NCBI GenBank assembly: GCA_020250125.1
Contig: JADCEL010000073.1
Location: 1,369-65,368, forward strand
DNA from: Rhodobacter sp.
GTDB lineage: Bacteria > Pseudomonadota > Alphaproteobacteria > Rhodobacterales > Rhodobacteraceae
DNA length: 64,000 nt
Direction of reading: 5' to 3'
In this document: positions 1-12,165 of the stretch, piece after piece
Position numbering within the stretch: the stretch's first letter is position 1
How the letters are laid out: each line of letters begins with the position of its first letter
Position numbers and translations under genes: made by a program
The notes under the pieces: generated by a model
What the model was told of the DNA's origin: nothing
The model's database searches: none
The model's input: only the letters and a program-made list of their open reading frames with translations

Positions 1-38
1 GATACCCGCGCGGAACGACAATCAGGGAACCGGCCGAG

Positions 39-560
39 ATGTTCGATACGATGACCTTAACCAAGGCGCTGGGCGCGTTCTGCGGATCGCTGCTGGTCTT
101 CCTTCTGATCGGCTGGGCCGGGTCTGCCCTGTTCTACATGGGCGGCGGGCATGGCGGCGCGGCGGAAGAACAGGCCTATCTGATCGACACCGGCGAGGGC
201 GAGGCGACGGCAGAAGTTGCCGACGCCGGCCCTGCCTTTGCCGAGGTTTTTGCCGCCGCAGACGCCGGGGCGGGCGAGAAGGTGTTTGCAAAGTGCAAGG
301 CCTGCCACAAGATGGACGGCACCGATGGCACCGGGCCGCACCTGAATGGCGTTGTGGACCGTGCCAAGGCGGCGGTTGCGGGCTTTGGCTATTCCGAAGC
401 GATCCTTGCGGTGGCCGACCAGTCCTGGACAGCCGAAAACCTGAACGGCTTTCTGGAAAACCCCAAGGGCTACATGCCCGGAACCAAGATGAGCTTTGCC
501 GGCCTGCCCAAGGTGCAAGACCGCGCGAATGTCATCGCCTATCTTGCGTCAGTCCCCTGA
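39..560 (+). CDS. membrane-anchored class I cytochrome c (CycM/cytochrome cy/c552-like)
   Basis: N-terminal TM helix, Ala/Glu linker, CKACH heme motif, GPHL, PGTKM with the axial Met. Confidence 0.9.
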   Translation: MFDTMTLTKALGAFCGSLLVFLLIGWAGSALFYMGGGHGGAAEEQAYLIDTGEGEATAEVADAGPAFAEVFAAADAGAGEKVFAKCKACHKMDGTDGTGPHLNGVVDRAKAAVAGFGYSEAILAVADQSWTAENLNGFLENPKGYMPGTKMSFAGLPKVQDRANVIAYLASVP

Positions 561-587
561 CGGATCGGGCATGATCGCGCATGTCAC

Positions 588-610
588 GGCCGCCCCTGTG
601 GGCGGCCTTT
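588..610 (+). terminator. probable intrinsic terminator after cytochrome c
   Basis: GGCCGCCC-ctgt-GGGCGGCC hairpin followed by TTT. Confidence 0.5.
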
Positions 611-745
611 GTCATTGCGGCTCACGCCGGGGACACAAGCGCGCGACCAGCGCCGTGATCGCGTTCAGGACCATCGACAAACGGCAATTTCCTGTCAATG
701 AGTTGGCAAAGCGGCGCAGGCCGCCAGGAGAAAAGGAGTTGCCGG

Positions 746-2650
746 ATGACCGAAGGCCGCAGGGATGCCGCTGTTTGGGCAAGCAGGATCGATGACCGTC
801 CGCAGCGCACCGCCCTGGTGGCCGGGGCGGCATTGCTGGTCCTTGCAACCTTCACCCTGGCGGCGCGCGCCGAAACGGTGATCACCGCGCATGGGATTTC
901 GACCTTTGGCGATCTGAAATATCCGGCGGATTTCGCGCACTTCAACTATGTGAACCCCGATGCGCCCAAGGGCGGGCGGATGACCTTTCTCGGCACCGGA
1001 GCGAGCCAGACCTTCGACAGCCTCAATCCCTTCATCCTGAAAGGCGAACCCGCGCAGGGGCTGACGCTGATCTATGACAGCCTTTTGACAGGTGCCCCGG
1101 ACGAGCCGAATGCCGCCTATGGCCTGATCGCCGAAAGCCTAGAATATCCGCCCGACCGAAACTGGGTGATCTTCAACATGCGCCCCGAGGCGCGGTTCTC
1201 CGACGGCGTTCCGATCACTGCCGACGACGTAGTCTTCACCTGGCACGCGCTGCTGGAACAGGGCCAGCCGAGCTACAAGATCATGCTCAAGGACATCGCT
1301 TCGGTTGAGGCGCTGGACCCGCACAGGGTGAAGTTCACCTTCAAACCCGGCGTGGCCACGCGCGACCTTCCGGCGCTGGCCGGGGGCTTGTCGATCCTGC
1401 CCAAGCACTACTACAACACCGTGCCTTTCGGCGAATCCACGATGGTGCCGCCCGTCGGGTCGGGGGCCTATGTCATCAAGTCCGCCGACCCCGGACGGTC
1501 CATCGAATATTGCCGCAACCCGGAGTATTGGGGCCGCGACCTGCCGGTCAGCATTGGAGCGGCGAATTTCGACTGCTACGTCTACGAATACTACGCCGAC
1601 CGCACGGCAGCGTTCGAGGCGTTCAAGGCGGGGGGGTATCTTTTCCACCAGGAATTCTCATCGCTGATCTGGGCCACGGGCTATGACTTTCCGGCGCTGA
1701 CCAAGGGCTGGGTCATCCGCAAGGAACTGGCCGACAACACGCCCTCGGGCACGCAAGGCTTCTGGTTCAACCTGCGGCGCGAGAAATTCGCCGACCCGCG
1801 CGTGCGCGAAGCCATCGGGCTGATGTTCAATTTCGAATGGACCAACGAGACGCTGTTCTACGGCCTTTACAAGCGCACCGACAGTTTCTTTGAGAATTCT
1901 CCGATGCAGGCCGAAGGGCTGCCCCAGGGCGAGGAACTGGCGGTGCTGGAAGAATTCCGCGACGGCCTGCCACCTGAAATCTTCACCGAACCCGCCTATG
2001 CGCCGCCGCTTTCCGGCAAGACCCAGCTTGACCGGGGCAACATGCGCAAGGCCTCGGCGCTGCTGGATGCGGCGGGGTGGAAGGTGGGTGCGGACGGTAT
2101 CCGGCGAAATGCGAAGGGCGAGGTGCTGAGCATCGCGCTGATCGACGATACCCAGTCCTTCGCGCGGGTGATCGATCCCTTCGTGTCGAACTTGCGCAAG
2201 ATCGGGATCGACGCGACATTCAGCCTTGTCGATGCGGCACAGATGCAGCAGCGCAAGAAGGATTTCGATTACGACATCATGACCGGCCGCTTCACGATGT
2301 CGTTCAGCCCTTCGATCGAGCTGCGCCAAATCTTCAGCAGCGAAGCGGCGACGGCGAAGGGATCGGCCAATCTTTCCGGTATCGCCGACCCGGTGGTCGA
2401 TGCGCTGATCGAGAAGGTGATCCAGGCCAAGACCCGTGAAGAACTGGATGCGCGGGCGAAGGCGCTGGACCGGGTGCTGCGGCAGAAGGGCATCTGGGTG
2501 CCGAACTGGTACAGCGGCAAATACCTTGTCGCCTACTGGGACGTGTTCGGCCAGCCGCCCGAGCAGCCGCCCTATGCGCGTGGCGATGGGTTCTGGTGGT
2601 CAGACGACGCGAAGCTCGGCTTGCTGAAATCGCAAGGTGCCCTGCGCTGA
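746..2650 (+). CDS. yejA: ABC transporter substrate-binding protein, family 5 (YejA-like)
   Basis: [37 protein letters not shown] motifs; AGGAG upstream of ATG 746 (start approximate). Confidence 0.85.
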   Translation: MTEGRRDAAVWASRIDDRPQRTALVAGAALLVLATFTLAARAETVITAHGISTFGDLKYPADFAHFNYVNPDAPKGGRMTFLGTGASQTFDSLNPFILKGEPAQGLTLIYDSLLTGAPDEPNAAYGLIAESLEYPPDRNWVIFNMRPEARFSDGVPITADDVVFTWHALLEQGQPSYKIMLKDIASVEALDPHRVKFTFKPGVATRDLPALAGGLSILPKHYYNTVPFGESTMVPPVGSGAYVIKSADPGRSIEYCRNPEYWGRDLPVSIGAANFDCYVYEYYADRTAAFEAFKAGGYLFHQEFSSLIWATGYDFPALTKGWVIRKELADNTPSGTQGFWFNLRREKFADPRVREAIGLMFNFEWTNETLFYGLYKRTDSFFENSPMQAEGLPQGEELAVLEEFRDGLPPEIFTEPAYAPPLSGKTQLDRGNMRKASALLDAAGWKVGADGIRRNAKGEVLSIALIDDTQSFARVIDPFVSNLRKIGIDATFSLVDAAQMQQRKKDFDYDIMTGRFTMSFSPSIELRQIFSSEAATAKGSANLSGIADPVVDALIEKVIQAKTREELDARAKALDRVLRQKGIWVPNWYSGKYLVAYWDVFGQPPEQPPYARGDGFWWSDDAKLGLLKSQGALR

Positions 2651-2651
2651 G

Positions 2652-3737
2652 ATGGGGGCCTACATCCTTCGACGCCTGCTGCTGATCATCCCCACGCTGT
2701 TCGGGATCATGGTCATCAACTTCACCCTGACCCAGTTCGTGCCGGGCGGACCCATCGAGCAGGTGCTGGCGCGGCTGGAAGGCGGCGGGGATGCGTTCCA
2801 GACCATCTCGGGCGGGACCGATGCCGGGGCGAGCCTTGAGGCCTCGGGCGGGGATGAGCGCTATATCGGCTCGCGCGGGCTGCCGCCCGAATTCATCGCC
2901 GATCTGGAACGTCAGTTCGGCTTTGACAAGCCGCCGCTTCAGCGCTTTCTGGACATGATGTGGAACTATATGCGCTTTGATTTCGGCGAAAGCTATTTCC
3001 GCTCGATCTCTGTCGTTGATCTGGTGCTGGAAAAAATGCCGGTGTCGATCACCCTTGGCCTGTGGTCCACGCTGATCGCCTATCTCATTTCGATCCCGCT
3101 GGGCATCCGCAAGGCGGTCAAGGACGGAACCCCATTCGATACCTGGACCAGCGGCGCAATCATCGTGGGCTATGCGATTCCCGGCTTTCTGTTCGCCATC
3201 CTGCTGCTGGTGCTGTTTGCGGGGGGGTCCTATTTCAAATGGTTCCCGCTGCGGGGGCTGACATCGGACAACTGGGACCAGCTTTCGATGCTGGGCAAGG
3301 TCGCCGATTACTTCTGGCACATCACCCTGCCGGTGCTGGCATCGACCATTGCATCCTTCGCCACGCTGACGCTGCTGACCAAGAACAGCTTTCTGGACGA
3401 GATCAAGAAGCAGTATGTGATGACCGCCCGCGCCAAGGGGCTGACCGAAAGCGCCGTCCTTTACGGCCATGTCTTCCGCAATGCGATGCTGATCGTGATC
3501 GCGGGCTTCCCGGCGGTTTTCGTTGCCGTGTTCTTCGGCGGCAGCCTGATCATCGAGACGATCTTTTCGCTGGACGGGCTGGGCAGGCTGGGGTTCGAGG
3601 CGGCGGTGTCGCGCGACTATCCGGTGATTTTCGGCACGCTGTTCTTCTTTGGGCTGATGGGCCTTCTGATGGGGATATTGTCGGACCTGATGTATGTCTG
3701 GATCGACCCGCGCATCGATTTCGAGCGGAGGGGATAG
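2652..3737 (+). CDS. yejB: ABC transporter permease YejB
   Basis: [19 protein letters not shown] start; EAA-like loop (TARAKGL); operon position. Confidence 0.9.
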   Translation: MGAYILRRLLLIIPTLFGIMVINFTLTQFVPGGPIEQVLARLEGGGDAFQTISGGTDAGASLEASGGDERYIGSRGLPPEFIADLERQFGFDKPPLQRFLDMMWNYMRFDFGESYFRSISVVDLVLEKMPVSITLGLWSTLIAYLISIPLGIRKAVKDGTPFDTWTSGAIIVGYAIPGFLFAILLLVLFAGGSYFKWFPLRGLTSDNWDQLSMLGKVADYFWHITLPVLASTIASFATLTLLTKNSFLDEIKKQYVMTARAKGLTESAVLYGHVFRNAMLIVIAGFPAVFVAVFFGGSLIIETIFSLDGLGRLGFEAAVSRDYPVIFGTLFFFGLMGLLMGILSDLMYVWIDPRIDFERRG

Positions 3738-3740
3738 ATC

Positions 3741-4850
3741 ATGGCGCTGTCCCCGCTGAACCAGCGCCGCTGGCGCAACTTCCGCGCCAACAGGCGCGCC
3801 TTCTGGTCGCTTGTGCTGTTTTCGGTCCTGTTCGGGCTGTCGCTGTTCGCCGAGGTGCTGGCCAATGACAAGCCGCTGCTGGTGCGGCACAACGGGGCCT
3901 TCTATCTGCCGGTCCTGCGGTTCTATCCCGAAACCGCCTTTGGCGGCGATTTCCAGACCGAAGCCGTCTATCGCGACGTCGAGGTGCAGTGCCTGATCGT
4001 CGCGGCCGGATCGCAGGCCTGCTGGGACGACCCGGCGGGCATTCTGGCCGAGGCGCGGGCCAGCGGCACGGCGGCGGGCGAACCGGTGCAGGCGGGCTGG
4101 CTCCTGTGGCCGCCCATTCCCTACAGCTTCAACACCGTCAACGACATTCAGGGCACCGCCCCGTCGCCCCCGGATGCGCGCCACTGGCTGGGCACCGATG
4201 ACACGGCGCGCGATGTGCTGGCGCGGGTGATCTACGGCTTTCGCCTGTCGGTGGCCTTTGCGCTGATCGTCACCTTCCTGACATCGGTCATCGGCATCAC
4301 GGCGGGGGCGGTGCAGGGCTATTTCGGCGGGCTGACCGACCTTGCCTTTCAGCGGATCATCGAACTTTGGGGGTCCACGCCCAGCCTTTATGTCATCATC
4401 ATCGTGGCGGCGGTCTGGCAGATGAATTTCTGGCTGCTGGTCGGGCTGATGGTGCTGTTTGGCTGGACCGGCCTGGTGGGCGTGGTGCGCGCCGAATTCC
4501 TGCGGGCGCGGAATTTCGAATATGTGCGCGCCGCCCGCGCTTTGGGCGTGGCGGACCGGGTCATCATGTTCCGCCATGTTCTGCCCAATGCCATGGTCGC
4601 CACGCTGACGATGCTGCCCTTCATCATCACCGGAACGGTCGGATCGCTTGCCGCGCTGGACTTTCTGGGCTTTGGCCTGCCGTCGTCTTCCCCGTCCCTG
4701 GGCGAGCTGACCCTGCAGGCCAAGCAGAACCTGCAGGCACCCTGGCTTGGGTTCACCGCCTTTTTTGCCTTTGCCATCATGCTCAGCCTGATGGTCTTCA
4801 TCTTCGAGGGCATCCGTGACGCCTTTGATCCGCGAAAGACCTTCCGATGA
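3741..4850 (+). CDS. yejE: ABC transporter permease YejE
   Basis: LSPLNQRRWRNFRANRR start, HWLGTDD, EYVRAARALG. Confidence 0.9.
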   Translation: MALSPLNQRRWRNFRANRRAFWSLVLFSVLFGLSLFAEVLANDKPLLVRHNGAFYLPVLRFYPETAFGGDFQTEAVYRDVEVQCLIVAAGSQACWDDPAGILAEARASGTAAGEPVQAGWLLWPPIPYSFNTVNDIQGTAPSPPDARHWLGTDDTARDVLARVIYGFRLSVAFALIVTFLTSVIGITAGAVQGYFGGLTDLAFQRIIELWGSTPSLYVIIIVAAVWQMNFWLLVGLMVLFGWTGLVGVVRAEFLRARNFEYVRAARALGVADRVIMFRHVLPNAMVATLTMLPFIITGTVGSLAALDFLGFGLPSSSPSLGELTLQAKQNLQAPWLGFTAFFAFAIMLSLMVFIFEGIRDAFDPRKTFR

Positions 4851-6496
4851 CCGCGCCCGGAACCGTGCTGGAGGTGCGCAACCTTTCCGTCCGCTTCCGT
4901 CAGGATGGCCGGATCATCGACGCGGTCAACGGGGTGAGTTTCTCTGTCGGCAGGGGCGAGACGGTGGCGCTGGTGGGCGAAAGCGGATCGGGCAAATCGG
5001 TGACGGCGCTGTCAACGGTTTCGCTGCTGCCCGACAGCGCGGTTGTCACGGGATCGGTGCGCTACAACGGCGCCGAAATGGTGGGGGCGGCAGAGCCGGA
5101 CCTGCGCCGGGTGCGCGGCAATGACATCAGCTTTATCTTCCAGGAGCCGATGACAAGCCTGAACCCCCTGCACACCATCCGCACACAGCTGGGCGAAAGC
5201 CTTGCGCTGCATCAGGGCCTGACCGGGGATGCCGCGCGGGCACGGATCATCGGGCTTTTGCAAAAGGTCGGCATCCGCGAGGCGGAAAGCCGTCTGGATG
5301 CCTATCCGCACCAGTTGTCGGGCGGGCAGCGGCAGCGGGTAATGATTGCCATGGCGCTGGCCAACGGGCCGGACCTGCTGATTGCCGACGAGCCGACCAC
5401 GGCACTGGATGTGACCATCCAGGCGCAGATCCTGGAACTGCTGGCCGATCTGAAGCGGACCGAGGGGTTAAGCCTGCTGTTCATCACCCATGACCTTGGC
5501 GTGGTGCGGCGCATTGCCGACCGGGTCTGCGTGATGCAGGGCGGCGCGATTGTGGAACAGGGGCCGGCGGCGCAGATTTTTGCGGCACCGAAACATCCCT
5601 ATACGCAAAAACTGCTGGCGGCACAGCCTGCGGGCCGCCCCGACCCGGTTGCGGCGGATGCGCCCGAAATTGTGCGGACCGAAGGTTTGCGCGTGTGGTT
5701 CCCGATCCATCGCGGCTTTCTGCGCCGCACGGTCGGCCATGTGAAGGCGGTCAACGACGCCACCCTGTCGGTGCGCGCGGGCGAGACGCTGGGGATCGTG
5801 GGCGAAAGCGGATCGGGCAAGACCACGCTGGCGCTGGCGATTCTGCGGCTGATCCCGTCAACCGGGCCGGTGGTGTTCCTTGGGCAGGACTTGCAGGCGC
5901 GGCATCGCAGGGAATTGCGCGATCTGCGCCGCAATTTGCAGATCGTGTTTCAGGACCCGTTCGGCAGCCTGTCGCCCCGGATGACGGTGCAACAGATCAT
6001 CGCCGAGGGTCTGGGCGTACACGGGGTGGAGCCGGGCCGGGACAAACGCCAGATGGTGGCCGACATCATGACCGAGGTCGGTCTGGACCCCGCCGCGATG
6101 GGACGCTATCCACACGAATTCTCGGGCGGGCAGCGCCAGCGGGTGGCGATTGCCCGCGCGATGATCCTGCACCCCAAGCTGGTGGTGCTGGATGAGCCGA
6201 CAAGCGCGCTGGACATGACCGTGCAGGTGCAGATCGTCGATCTGCTGCGCGCGCTGCAGCGCAAATGGGGGCTGGCCTATCTGTTCATCAGCCATGATCT
6301 GCGCGTGGTGCGGGCGCTGGCGCACAAGGTGATCGTGATGAAGGACGGAGACGTGGTTGAGGCGGGCGTCGGCGCGCAGGTGTTCGAAGACCCGCAGCAC
6401 GCCTATACGCGGGCGCTTCTGGCCGCGGCTTTCGGCCCGGACGGGGGCCAGACCGCCCCGGGCCAGACAACGGCGGGCCAGACAGCGGCGGTCTGA
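4847..6496 (+). CDS. yejF: ABC transporter ATP-binding protein with two NBDs, YejF-like
   Basis: two Walker A motifs ([16 protein letters not shown]) and two signature motifs (LSGGQ/FSGGQ); ATGA overlap with yejE. Confidence 0.9.
   Translation: MTAPGTVLEVRNLSVRFRQDGRIIDAVNGVSFSVGRGETVALVGESGSGKSVTALSTVSLLPDSAVVTGSVRYNGAEMVGAAEPDLRRVRGNDISFIFQEPMTSLNPLHTIRTQLGESLALHQGLTGDAARARIIGLLQKVGIREAESRLDAYPHQLSGGQRQRVMIAMALANGPDLLIADEPTTALDVTIQAQILELLADLKRTEGLSLLFITHDLGVVRRIADRVCVMQGGAIVEQGPAAQIFAAPKHPYTQKLLAAQPAGRPDPVAADAPEIVRTEGLRVWFPIHRGFLRRTVGHVKAVNDATLSVRAGETLGIVGESGSGKTTLALAILRLIPSTGPVVFLGQDLQARHRRELRDLRRNLQIVFQDPFGSLSPRMTVQQIIAEGLGVHGVEPGRDKRQMVADIMTEVGLDPAAMGRYPHEFSGGQRQRVAIARAMILHPKLVVLDEPTSALDMTVQVQIVDLLRALQRKWGLAYLFISHDLRVVRALAHKVIVMKDGDVVEAGVGAQVFEDPQHAYTRALLAAAFGPDGGQTAPGQTTAGQTAAV
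6446..6490 (+). repeat. 3 x 15-bp imperfect tandem repeat encoding the [15 protein letters not shown] tail
   Basis: ggccagaccgccccg / ggccagacaacggcg / ggccagacagcggcg. Confidence 0.8.
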
Positions 6497-6532
6497 CGGC
6501 GCGGCACCATGCCGCGCGGGGACTTGCGCAGA

Positions 6533-7888
6533 TCAGACTGCGGCGCTGTGCCGGGCGGTGCCGTGGTCGTATTCGTCGAACATCCGCGCGATCATCCGGG
6601 TCAGGGGCCGCCCCGGCGCGGATATGGCGGCACCCTGTGCCGTCACCTCGAAGAAATCGCCGAACCGGGACCTCGCGGCAGCGAACAGATCATCAAGGCG
6701 TGCCGGTGTAGTCGCGAAGTCGCGCAGCAATTCGGCGCGGCTGACGCGGAAATCGCACATCAGCGCCTCGATGATCCGGGCGCGCAACAGGTCTTCCCCC
6801 GCAAAGGCATGGCCACGCCGGGTCGAAAACCGGCCCGCGCGGATTGCTTTGGCATGTTCGGATGTGCCGCTGGCGTTCTGCGCATAGCCTTGCGGAAAGC
6901 GCGAGATCGACGAGGCCCCCAGACCGATCAGGACCGGGGCAGTGTCATCGGTGTAACCCTGAAAGTTGCGGCGCAGATGCCCGGTCGCCGCAGCGATGGC
7001 CAATCCGTCGTCGGGCCGCGCGAAATGATCGATGCCGATTTCGGCGTAACCATCCCAGGTGAACAGCCGACGCGCCGTTTCGAACAGGCACAGGCGTTCT
7101 TCCGGTTTCGGGATGGTGTCGGACGGAATCATCTGCTGGCGGCGCGACATCCAGGGCACATGGGCATAGCCATAAAGGGCAACACGGTCGGGTGACAGCG
7201 CAAGCAGCTTCTGTACCGATTCGGCGATCCGCTGCGTTGTCTGGTGCGGCAGGCCGTACAGGATATCGGCGTTCAGGCTGTGAATGCCCCGGTCGCGGAT
7301 CATGTCCGAGACGGACCTGGTCAGGTCATGGCTTTGGTCGCGGCCGATCGTGCGCTGGATCTCGGGGTCGAAATCCTGCACCCCGATCGAGGCACGGGTC
7401 ATGCCCGCTGCGGCAAGGGCATCAAGCCGGGGGGCATCGACTTCGTTCGGGTCGATCTCGACCGAAAACTCGCCGTCCGGCGCAAGCGGGGCCAGGCTGA
7501 AGATCGTATCGGCCAGATCGCGGATCAGGTCGGGCGGGATCATCGTGGGCGTGCCGCCGCCCCAGTGCAGCCGCGCCAGGGTGATTGCGGGCGCAAGGCG
7601 CTGCCCCAGAAGGGCCAGTTCCTGTTTCAGGGTCTGGACATAGGCGATGACCGGATCGATGCTGTGTGTTCCCTGCGTGCGGCAGGCGCAAAACCAGCAA
7701 AGCCGCCGGCAGAAGGGCACATGCAGGTAAAGCGAAATGGCGGAACCTGCGGGGATCGATTCGATCCAGTCCGAAAACGCAGCCCCGCCAATCGTCGCGC
7801 CAAAATGCGGTACTGTCGGATAGCTGGTATACCGGGGAACGCGGGCATCGAACAGGCCATGCCGCGCGAGTTGCGAATGAGTGTCCAT
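6533..7888 (-). CDS. hemN: oxygen-independent coproporphyrinogen III oxidase (radical SAM; HemN/HemZ)
   Basis: PRYTSYPT, YLHVPFCRRLCWFCAC (CxxxCxxC), HWGGGTPT, RRNFQGY. Confidence 0.95.
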   Translation of the reverse strand: MDTHSQLARHGLFDARVPRYTSYPTVPHFGATIGGAAFSDWIESIPAGSAISLYLHVPFCRRLCWFCACRTQGTHSIDPVIAYVQTLKQELALLGQRLAPAITLARLHWGGGTPTMIPPDLIRDLADTIFSLAPLAPDGEFSVEIDPNEVDAPRLDALAAAGMTRASIGVQDFDPEIQRTIGRDQSHDLTRSVSDMIRDRGIHSLNADILYGLPHQTTQRIAESVQKLLALSPDRVALYGYAHVPWMSRRQQMIPSDTIPKPEERLCLFETARRLFTWDGYAEIGIDHFARPDDGLAIAAATGHLRRNFQGYTDDTAPVLIGLGASSISRFPQGYAQNASGTSEHAKAIRAGRFSTRRGHAFAGEDLLRARIIEALMCDFRVSRAELLRDFATTPARLDDLFAAARSRFGDFFEVTAQGAAISAPGRPLTRMIARMFDEYDHGTARHSAAV

Positions 7889-7922
7889 TCGTATAGACTA
7901 AAATTTGACGGTATGCCCTGCC

Positions 7923-7936
7923 TTGATGCAGATCAA
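7923..7936. promoter_or_regulatory. FNR/FnrL box between divergent hemN and fnrL
   Basis: perfect TTGAT-GCAG-ATCAA. Confidence 0.9.
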
Positions 7937-7951
7937 ACGGGAACAGACTTC

Positions 7952-8701
7952 ATGGCACTTCGGGAACCGGTCATTCTTCCGCATCTGCAGGACTGTGGCA
8001 GCTGTACCATCCGGCATAGGGCGGTATGCGCACGCTGTGACAGTGATGAACTGGCCCGGCTGGAGCAGATGAAATACTACCGCAGTTTCCAGGCCGGACA
8101 GACCGTGATCTGGTCAGGCGACCGGATGGATTTCGTGGCCTCGGTTGTTTCCGGCATCGCAACCCTGACCCAGACGATGGAGGATGGCCGCCGCCAGATG
8201 GTGGGCCTGCTTTTGCCGTCTGACTTCGTGGGCCGTCCCGGCCGCAGCACGGCGGCCTATGACGTGACGGCGACGACCGACCTGCTGATGTGCTGTTTTC
8301 GCAAGAAACCCTTCGAGGATTTGATCCTGAGCACCCCTCATATCAGTCAGCGCCTGCTGGAAATGACCCTGGACGAGCTGGATGCGGCGCGCGAATGGAT
8401 GCTTCTTCTTGGCCGCAAGACCGCGCGCGAAAAGATTGCAAGCCTTCTGGCAATCATTGCCCGCCGGGATGTGTCCCTGAACCCGCGCAAGTCCGGACCC
8501 ATCGTGTTTGATCTGCCGCTGACACGCGAAGAAATGGCTGACTACCTTGGGCTGACACTGGAAACGGTCAGCAGGCAGGTTTCGGCGCTGAAGCGCGACG
8601 GGGTGATCTCGCTGGAAGGCAAGCGGCACGTCACGGTGAACGACTTTGACAGGCTGCTGGAAGTTGCCGGTGACGATTCCGATGGCGGCTATCCGGTTTG
8701 A
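7952..8701 (+). CDS. fnrL: Crp/Fnr-family O2-sensing regulator FnrL
   Basis: N-terminal Cys cluster CGSC..RHRAVC..C; HTH REEMADYLGLTLETVSR; real start is ATG 7952, not the ORF-track start. Confidence 0.95.
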   Translation: MALREPVILPHLQDCGSCTIRHRAVCARCDSDELARLEQMKYYRSFQAGQTVIWSGDRMDFVASVVSGIATLTQTMEDGRRQMVGLLLPSDFVGRPGRSTAAYDVTATTDLLMCCFRKKPFEDLILSTPHISQRLLEMTLDELDAAREWMLLLGRKTAREKIASLLAIIARRDVSLNPRKSGPIVFDLPLTREEMADYLGLTLETVSRQVSALKRDGVISLEGKRHVTVNDFDRLLEVAGDDSDGGYPV

Positions 8702-8704
8702 CGA

Positions 8705-8727
8705 CCTGCGGCATTGACTGCCGCAGG
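8705..8727. terminator. hairpin between convergent fnrL and usp
   Basis: CCTGCGGCA-ttgac-TGCCGCAGG, 9-bp perfect stem. Confidence 0.55.
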
Positions 8728-8772
8728 CCCTGACTGTCTGGCAGGGGCGCCCCCCGCAAAGCCTGCCTTTTG

Positions 8773-9612
8773 TCACCGGGCCAGGAAGACCGGCCCCTGT
8801 GCCATTTCCAGCATGTCACGCGTGGCCCCGCCAAGGATGGCCTCGCGGAAGCGCGAATGACCGTAGGCACCCATCACAAGCAGATCCGCGTTCTGGTCGC
8901 GCAGGTGACGCACCAGGATTTCAGAAATGCGCGGCATCGTCCTGGCCAGCACGGAAACCTCGGCCTTGACGCCGTGGCGGACAAGCATCTGGCACAGCGC
9001 GCCCCCCGGATCGGACCGTTCGGGACCATAGTCCGGCGGATCGATGACGGCGATGTTCACAAGATCGGCCTGCCTGAGCAATGGCAATGCGCAGCGGATG
9101 GCCGCCATCGCCTCGGGCCCCTGATTCCACGCGATCACCACACGTTTGCCAAGGGTATCGGACAGCAGGGTTTCCGGCAGCAGAAGCACCGGGGCGGCAC
9201 CTTCAAACAGGACCGCTTCCAGAACGGCCTCTGCTTCTGGGGCACCCTCGGTGCCATAGGGATGCGGCAGCAGGACAAGATCGGCAAAACGGGCTTTGGT
9301 CGATACGATTGCGCCCAGGCTGCCCAGCTGGGCCACGGCGGCTTCTGCGGCCCAGCGCACATCCTGCCGGTTCAGAATGGCACGGGCGGCGGCATCCAGC
9401 TTTTCGGCATCCTCTGCGGCGCGGTCCATCGAGGCCTGGGCCAGAACCGCGGCCCCGCCGATATACGAATACCCGATCTGGGTCCGGTCGATGCCAAGCG
9501 ACAGCACATCAAGATGGGCATCTTGCCGTGCAGCCAGCAGGACGGAAGAGTCCAGCACCTGCGTTACCTTTGCAGGGTCGGTAAGAATGGTCAGCAGGGA
9601 CTTGTAGGACAT
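8773..9612 (-). CDS. universal stress protein (tandem USP domains)
   Basis: MSYKSLL start; ADLLVMGAYGHSRFREAILGGATR motif. Confidence 0.9.
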   Translation of the reverse strand: MSYKSLLTILTDPAKVTQVLDSSVLLAARQDAHLDVLSLGIDRTQIGYSYIGGAAVLAQASMDRAAEDAEKLDAAARAILNRQDVRWAAEAAVAQLGSLGAIVSTKARFADLVLLPHPYGTEGAPEAEAVLEAVLFEGAAPVLLLPETLLSDTLGKRVVIAWNQGPEAMAAIRCALPLLRQADLVNIAVIDPPDYGPERSDPGGALCQMLVRHGVKAEVSVLARTMPRISEILVRHLRDQNADLLVMGAYGHSRFREAILGGATRDMLEMAQGPVFLAR

Positions 9613-9667
9613 GGCGAAACTCCAATGGGCTGTCGGTGCAGTAAACCCGCTGAACTTCCGCAGCGCC

Positions 9668-9681
9668 TTGACTTCGATCAA
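9668..9681. promoter_or_regulatory. FNR box (usp side)
   Basis: TTGAC-TTCG-ATCAA. Confidence 0.8.
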
Positions 9682-9699
9682 GGCGGGGGCCGGCTTTTC

Positions 9700-9713
9700 T
9701 TGACATGGATCAA
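9700..9713. promoter_or_regulatory. FNR box (ccoN side)
   Basis: TTGAC-ATGG-ATCAA. Confidence 0.8.
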
Positions 9714-9808
9714 GGTCGCCGGGCCGTGTTGGCGGCACAAGGGCACATCAGCCGGAAAGTGCCGGGTCGGGGTCAGACCCGAACCTGGCCAGGACGAAGG
9801 GACCGAAG

Positions 9809-11413
9809 ATGTGGGAATACCTGAAACTGATCGTGTTGGCCGTCGTTGCCGTGGGGGCCGCGATTGCGGCCAACTACGCGCATGACCTGCCCTACATGGT
9901 CAACGCCGTTGTGGTGATGCTGGCGGCTGCCATCACCTTTCTGTGGACGCTTCGCCATGTCGGCGATCCGCCTTCGCTTGCGGACGTCAGCGCCAATTAC
10001 AACGATGGTGTCGTCAAGGCGGGGGTGATCGCCACAACCTTCTGGGGCATCGTGGGCTTTCTGGTGGGGGTGGTGATCGCCTTCCAGCTTGCCTTTCCGG
10101 AACTTAACCCCGCCTGGTCCCAAGGCATCCTGAATTTCGGGCGTCTTCGCCCCCTGCACACAAGCGCGGTGATTTTTGCCTTCGGCGGCAACGCGCTGAT
10201 CATGTCGTCGTTCTACATCGTGCAGCGCACCAGCGCTGTCCGGCTTTGGGGCGGCAATCTGGGCTGGTTCGTGTTCTGGGGCTGGCAGCTGATGATTGTT
10301 CTTGCGGCAACCTCTTATGTTCTGGGCGGGACGCAGGGCAAGGAATATGCCGAAACCGTCTGGTATATCGACCTGTGGATCACGGTGGTCTGGGTTGCCT
10401 TCCTGCTGACCTTCCTTGGCACGCTGATGTCGCGGAAAGAGCCGCACATCTATGTGGCCAACTGGTTCCTGCTGTCGATGATCGTAACGGTGGCGATGCT
10501 GCATGTCGTGAACAACGCGGCCATTCCGGTTTCGCTCTTCTCCTCGCAATCCGTGCCGGTCTATTCGGGCGTGCAGGATGCGATGGTGCAGTGGTGGTAC
10601 GGCCATAACGCCGTGGGCTTCTTTCTGACGGCGGGCTTTCTGGGCATGATGTACTACTTCGTGCCCAAGCAGGCCGAACGGCCGATCTACAGCTACAAGC
10701 TGTCGATCATCCACTTCTGGGCGCTGATTTTCCTGTATATCTGGGCCGGTCCGCACCATCTGCATTACACGGCGCTTCCCGACTGGGCGAGCACGCTGGG
10801 CATGGTGTTTTCCGTCATGCTGTGGATGCCAAGCTGGGGCGGCATGATCAACGGCCTGATGACGCTGTCGGGGGCCTGGGACAAGCTGCGCACCGACCCG
10901 ATCATCCGGATGATGGTCGTCTCCATCGGCTTTTACGGGATGAGCACCTTTGAAGGCCCGATGATGTCGATCCGCGCCGTCAACTCGCTGTCGCATTACA
11001 CCGACTGGACCATTGGTCATGTGCATTCGGGTGCGCTGGGCTGGAACGGGATGATCACCTTCGGGGTTCTGTACTTCCTGACCCCGCGCCTTTGGAACCG
11101 CGAACGGCTGTACAGCCTGCAGCTGGTCAGCTGGCACTTCTGGCTCGCGACCATCGGGATCGTGCTTTACGCCAGTTCCATGTGGGTGACGGGGATCATG
11201 GAAGGCCTGATGTGGCGCGAAGTGGATGCCAACGGGTTCCTTGTGAACGCCTTTGCCGACACCGTTGCGGCGAAGTTCCCGATGTATGTGGTGCGGGCGC
11301 TGGGCGGGACGCTGTTCCTGGCCGGTGCGCTGATCATGTGTTACAACCTGTGGAAGACCGTGACGTCTGTGGACAGGAAATCCACGGCACCCTCGGCTGT
11401 TCCCGCTGAATGA
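9809..11413 (+). CDS. ccoN: cbb3-type cytochrome c oxidase subunit I
   Basis: [45 protein letters not shown]. Confidence 0.98.
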   Translation: MWEYLKLIVLAVVAVGAAIAANYAHDLPYMVNAVVVMLAAAITFLWTLRHVGDPPSLADVSANYNDGVVKAGVIATTFWGIVGFLVGVVIAFQLAFPELNPAWSQGILNFGRLRPLHTSAVIFAFGGNALIMSSFYIVQRTSAVRLWGGNLGWFVFWGWQLMIVLAATSYVLGGTQGKEYAETVWYIDLWITVVWVAFLLTFLGTLMSRKEPHIYVANWFLLSMIVTVAMLHVVNNAAIPVSLFSSQSVPVYSGVQDAMVQWWYGHNAVGFFLTAGFLGMMYYFVPKQAERPIYSYKLSIIHFWALIFLYIWAGPHHLHYTALPDWASTLGMVFSVMLWMPSWGGMINGLMTLSGAWDKLRTDPIIRMMVVSIGFYGMSTFEGPMMSIRAVNSLSHYTDWTIGHVHSGALGWNGMITFGVLYFLTPRLWNRERLYSLQLVSWHFWLATIGIVLYASSMWVTGIMEGLMWREVDANGFLVNAFADTVAAKFPMYVVRALGGTLFLAGALIMCYNLWKTVTSVDRKSTAPSAVPAE

Positions 11414-11428
11414 CCGGAGGGACCATCC

Positions 11429-12154
11429 ATGGCAATTCTTGAAAAACACAAGGCAATCGAAACCCATGCCACGCTGCTGCTGGTTCTCAGCTTTCTTGTG
11501 GTGACAATCGGCGGGCTGGTGCAGATCGTGCCGCTGTTCTATCTGGAAAACACCATCGAGAACGTCGAAGGGATGCGTCCCTACACGCCGCTGGAACTGG
11601 CCGGGCGCGATATCTACCTGCGCGAGGGCTGCTATGTCTGTCACAGCCAGATGATCCGCCCGATGCGGGACGAGGTGGAGCGTTATGGCCATTATTCGCT
11701 GGCGGCCGAATCGCAGTATGACCATCCGTTCCAGTGGGGGTCAAAGCGGACCGGGCCGGATCTTGCCCGGGTCGGCAACCGCTATTCGGATGACTGGCAT
11801 GTGGATCACCTGACCAATCCGCAGTCGGTCGTGCCGGAATCGGTGATGCCGAAGTACGGCTACATGGCCGATACCCTGATCGACGGGCACCACATCCAGG
11901 ACATCATGAAGACGCATCGCATGGTCGGGGTGCCCTACAGCGACGCGATGATTGAAAACGCGCTGGCGGACTTCAAGGCGCAGTCAGACCCGAACGCGGA
12001 CACGGCCGGCCTGGAAGAGCGCTATGGCACAGTCAATCTGCGCAACTTCGATGCGGCACCCGGTATCTCCGAAATGGATGCGCTGATCGCCTATCTGCAG
12101 GTGCTGGGCACGATGGTCGATTTTTCAACCTATACGCCTGTGGCAAGCCGGTAA
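11429..12154 (+). CDS. ccoO: cbb3-type oxidase subunit II
   Basis: [25 protein letters not shown]. Confidence 0.98.
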   Translation: MAILEKHKAIETHATLLLVLSFLVVTIGGLVQIVPLFYLENTIENVEGMRPYTPLELAGRDIYLREGCYVCHSQMIRPMRDEVERYGHYSLAAESQYDHPFQWGSKRTGPDLARVGNRYSDDWHVDHLTNPQSVVPESVMPKYGYMADTLIDGHHIQDIMKTHRMVGVPYSDAMIENALADFKAQSDPNADTAGLEERYGTVNLRNFDAAPGISEMDALIAYLQVLGTMVDFSTYTPVASR

Positions 12155-12165
12155 GGGGGCAGGAT

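Noticed and set aside
7244-7951. N-terminal extensions in the ORF track (fnrL, usp, sga, oxoprolinase, meh, photolyase, RhaQ-like permease)
   Set aside because: They overlap neighbouring genes or promoters; downstream starts fit family N-termini and RBS positions.
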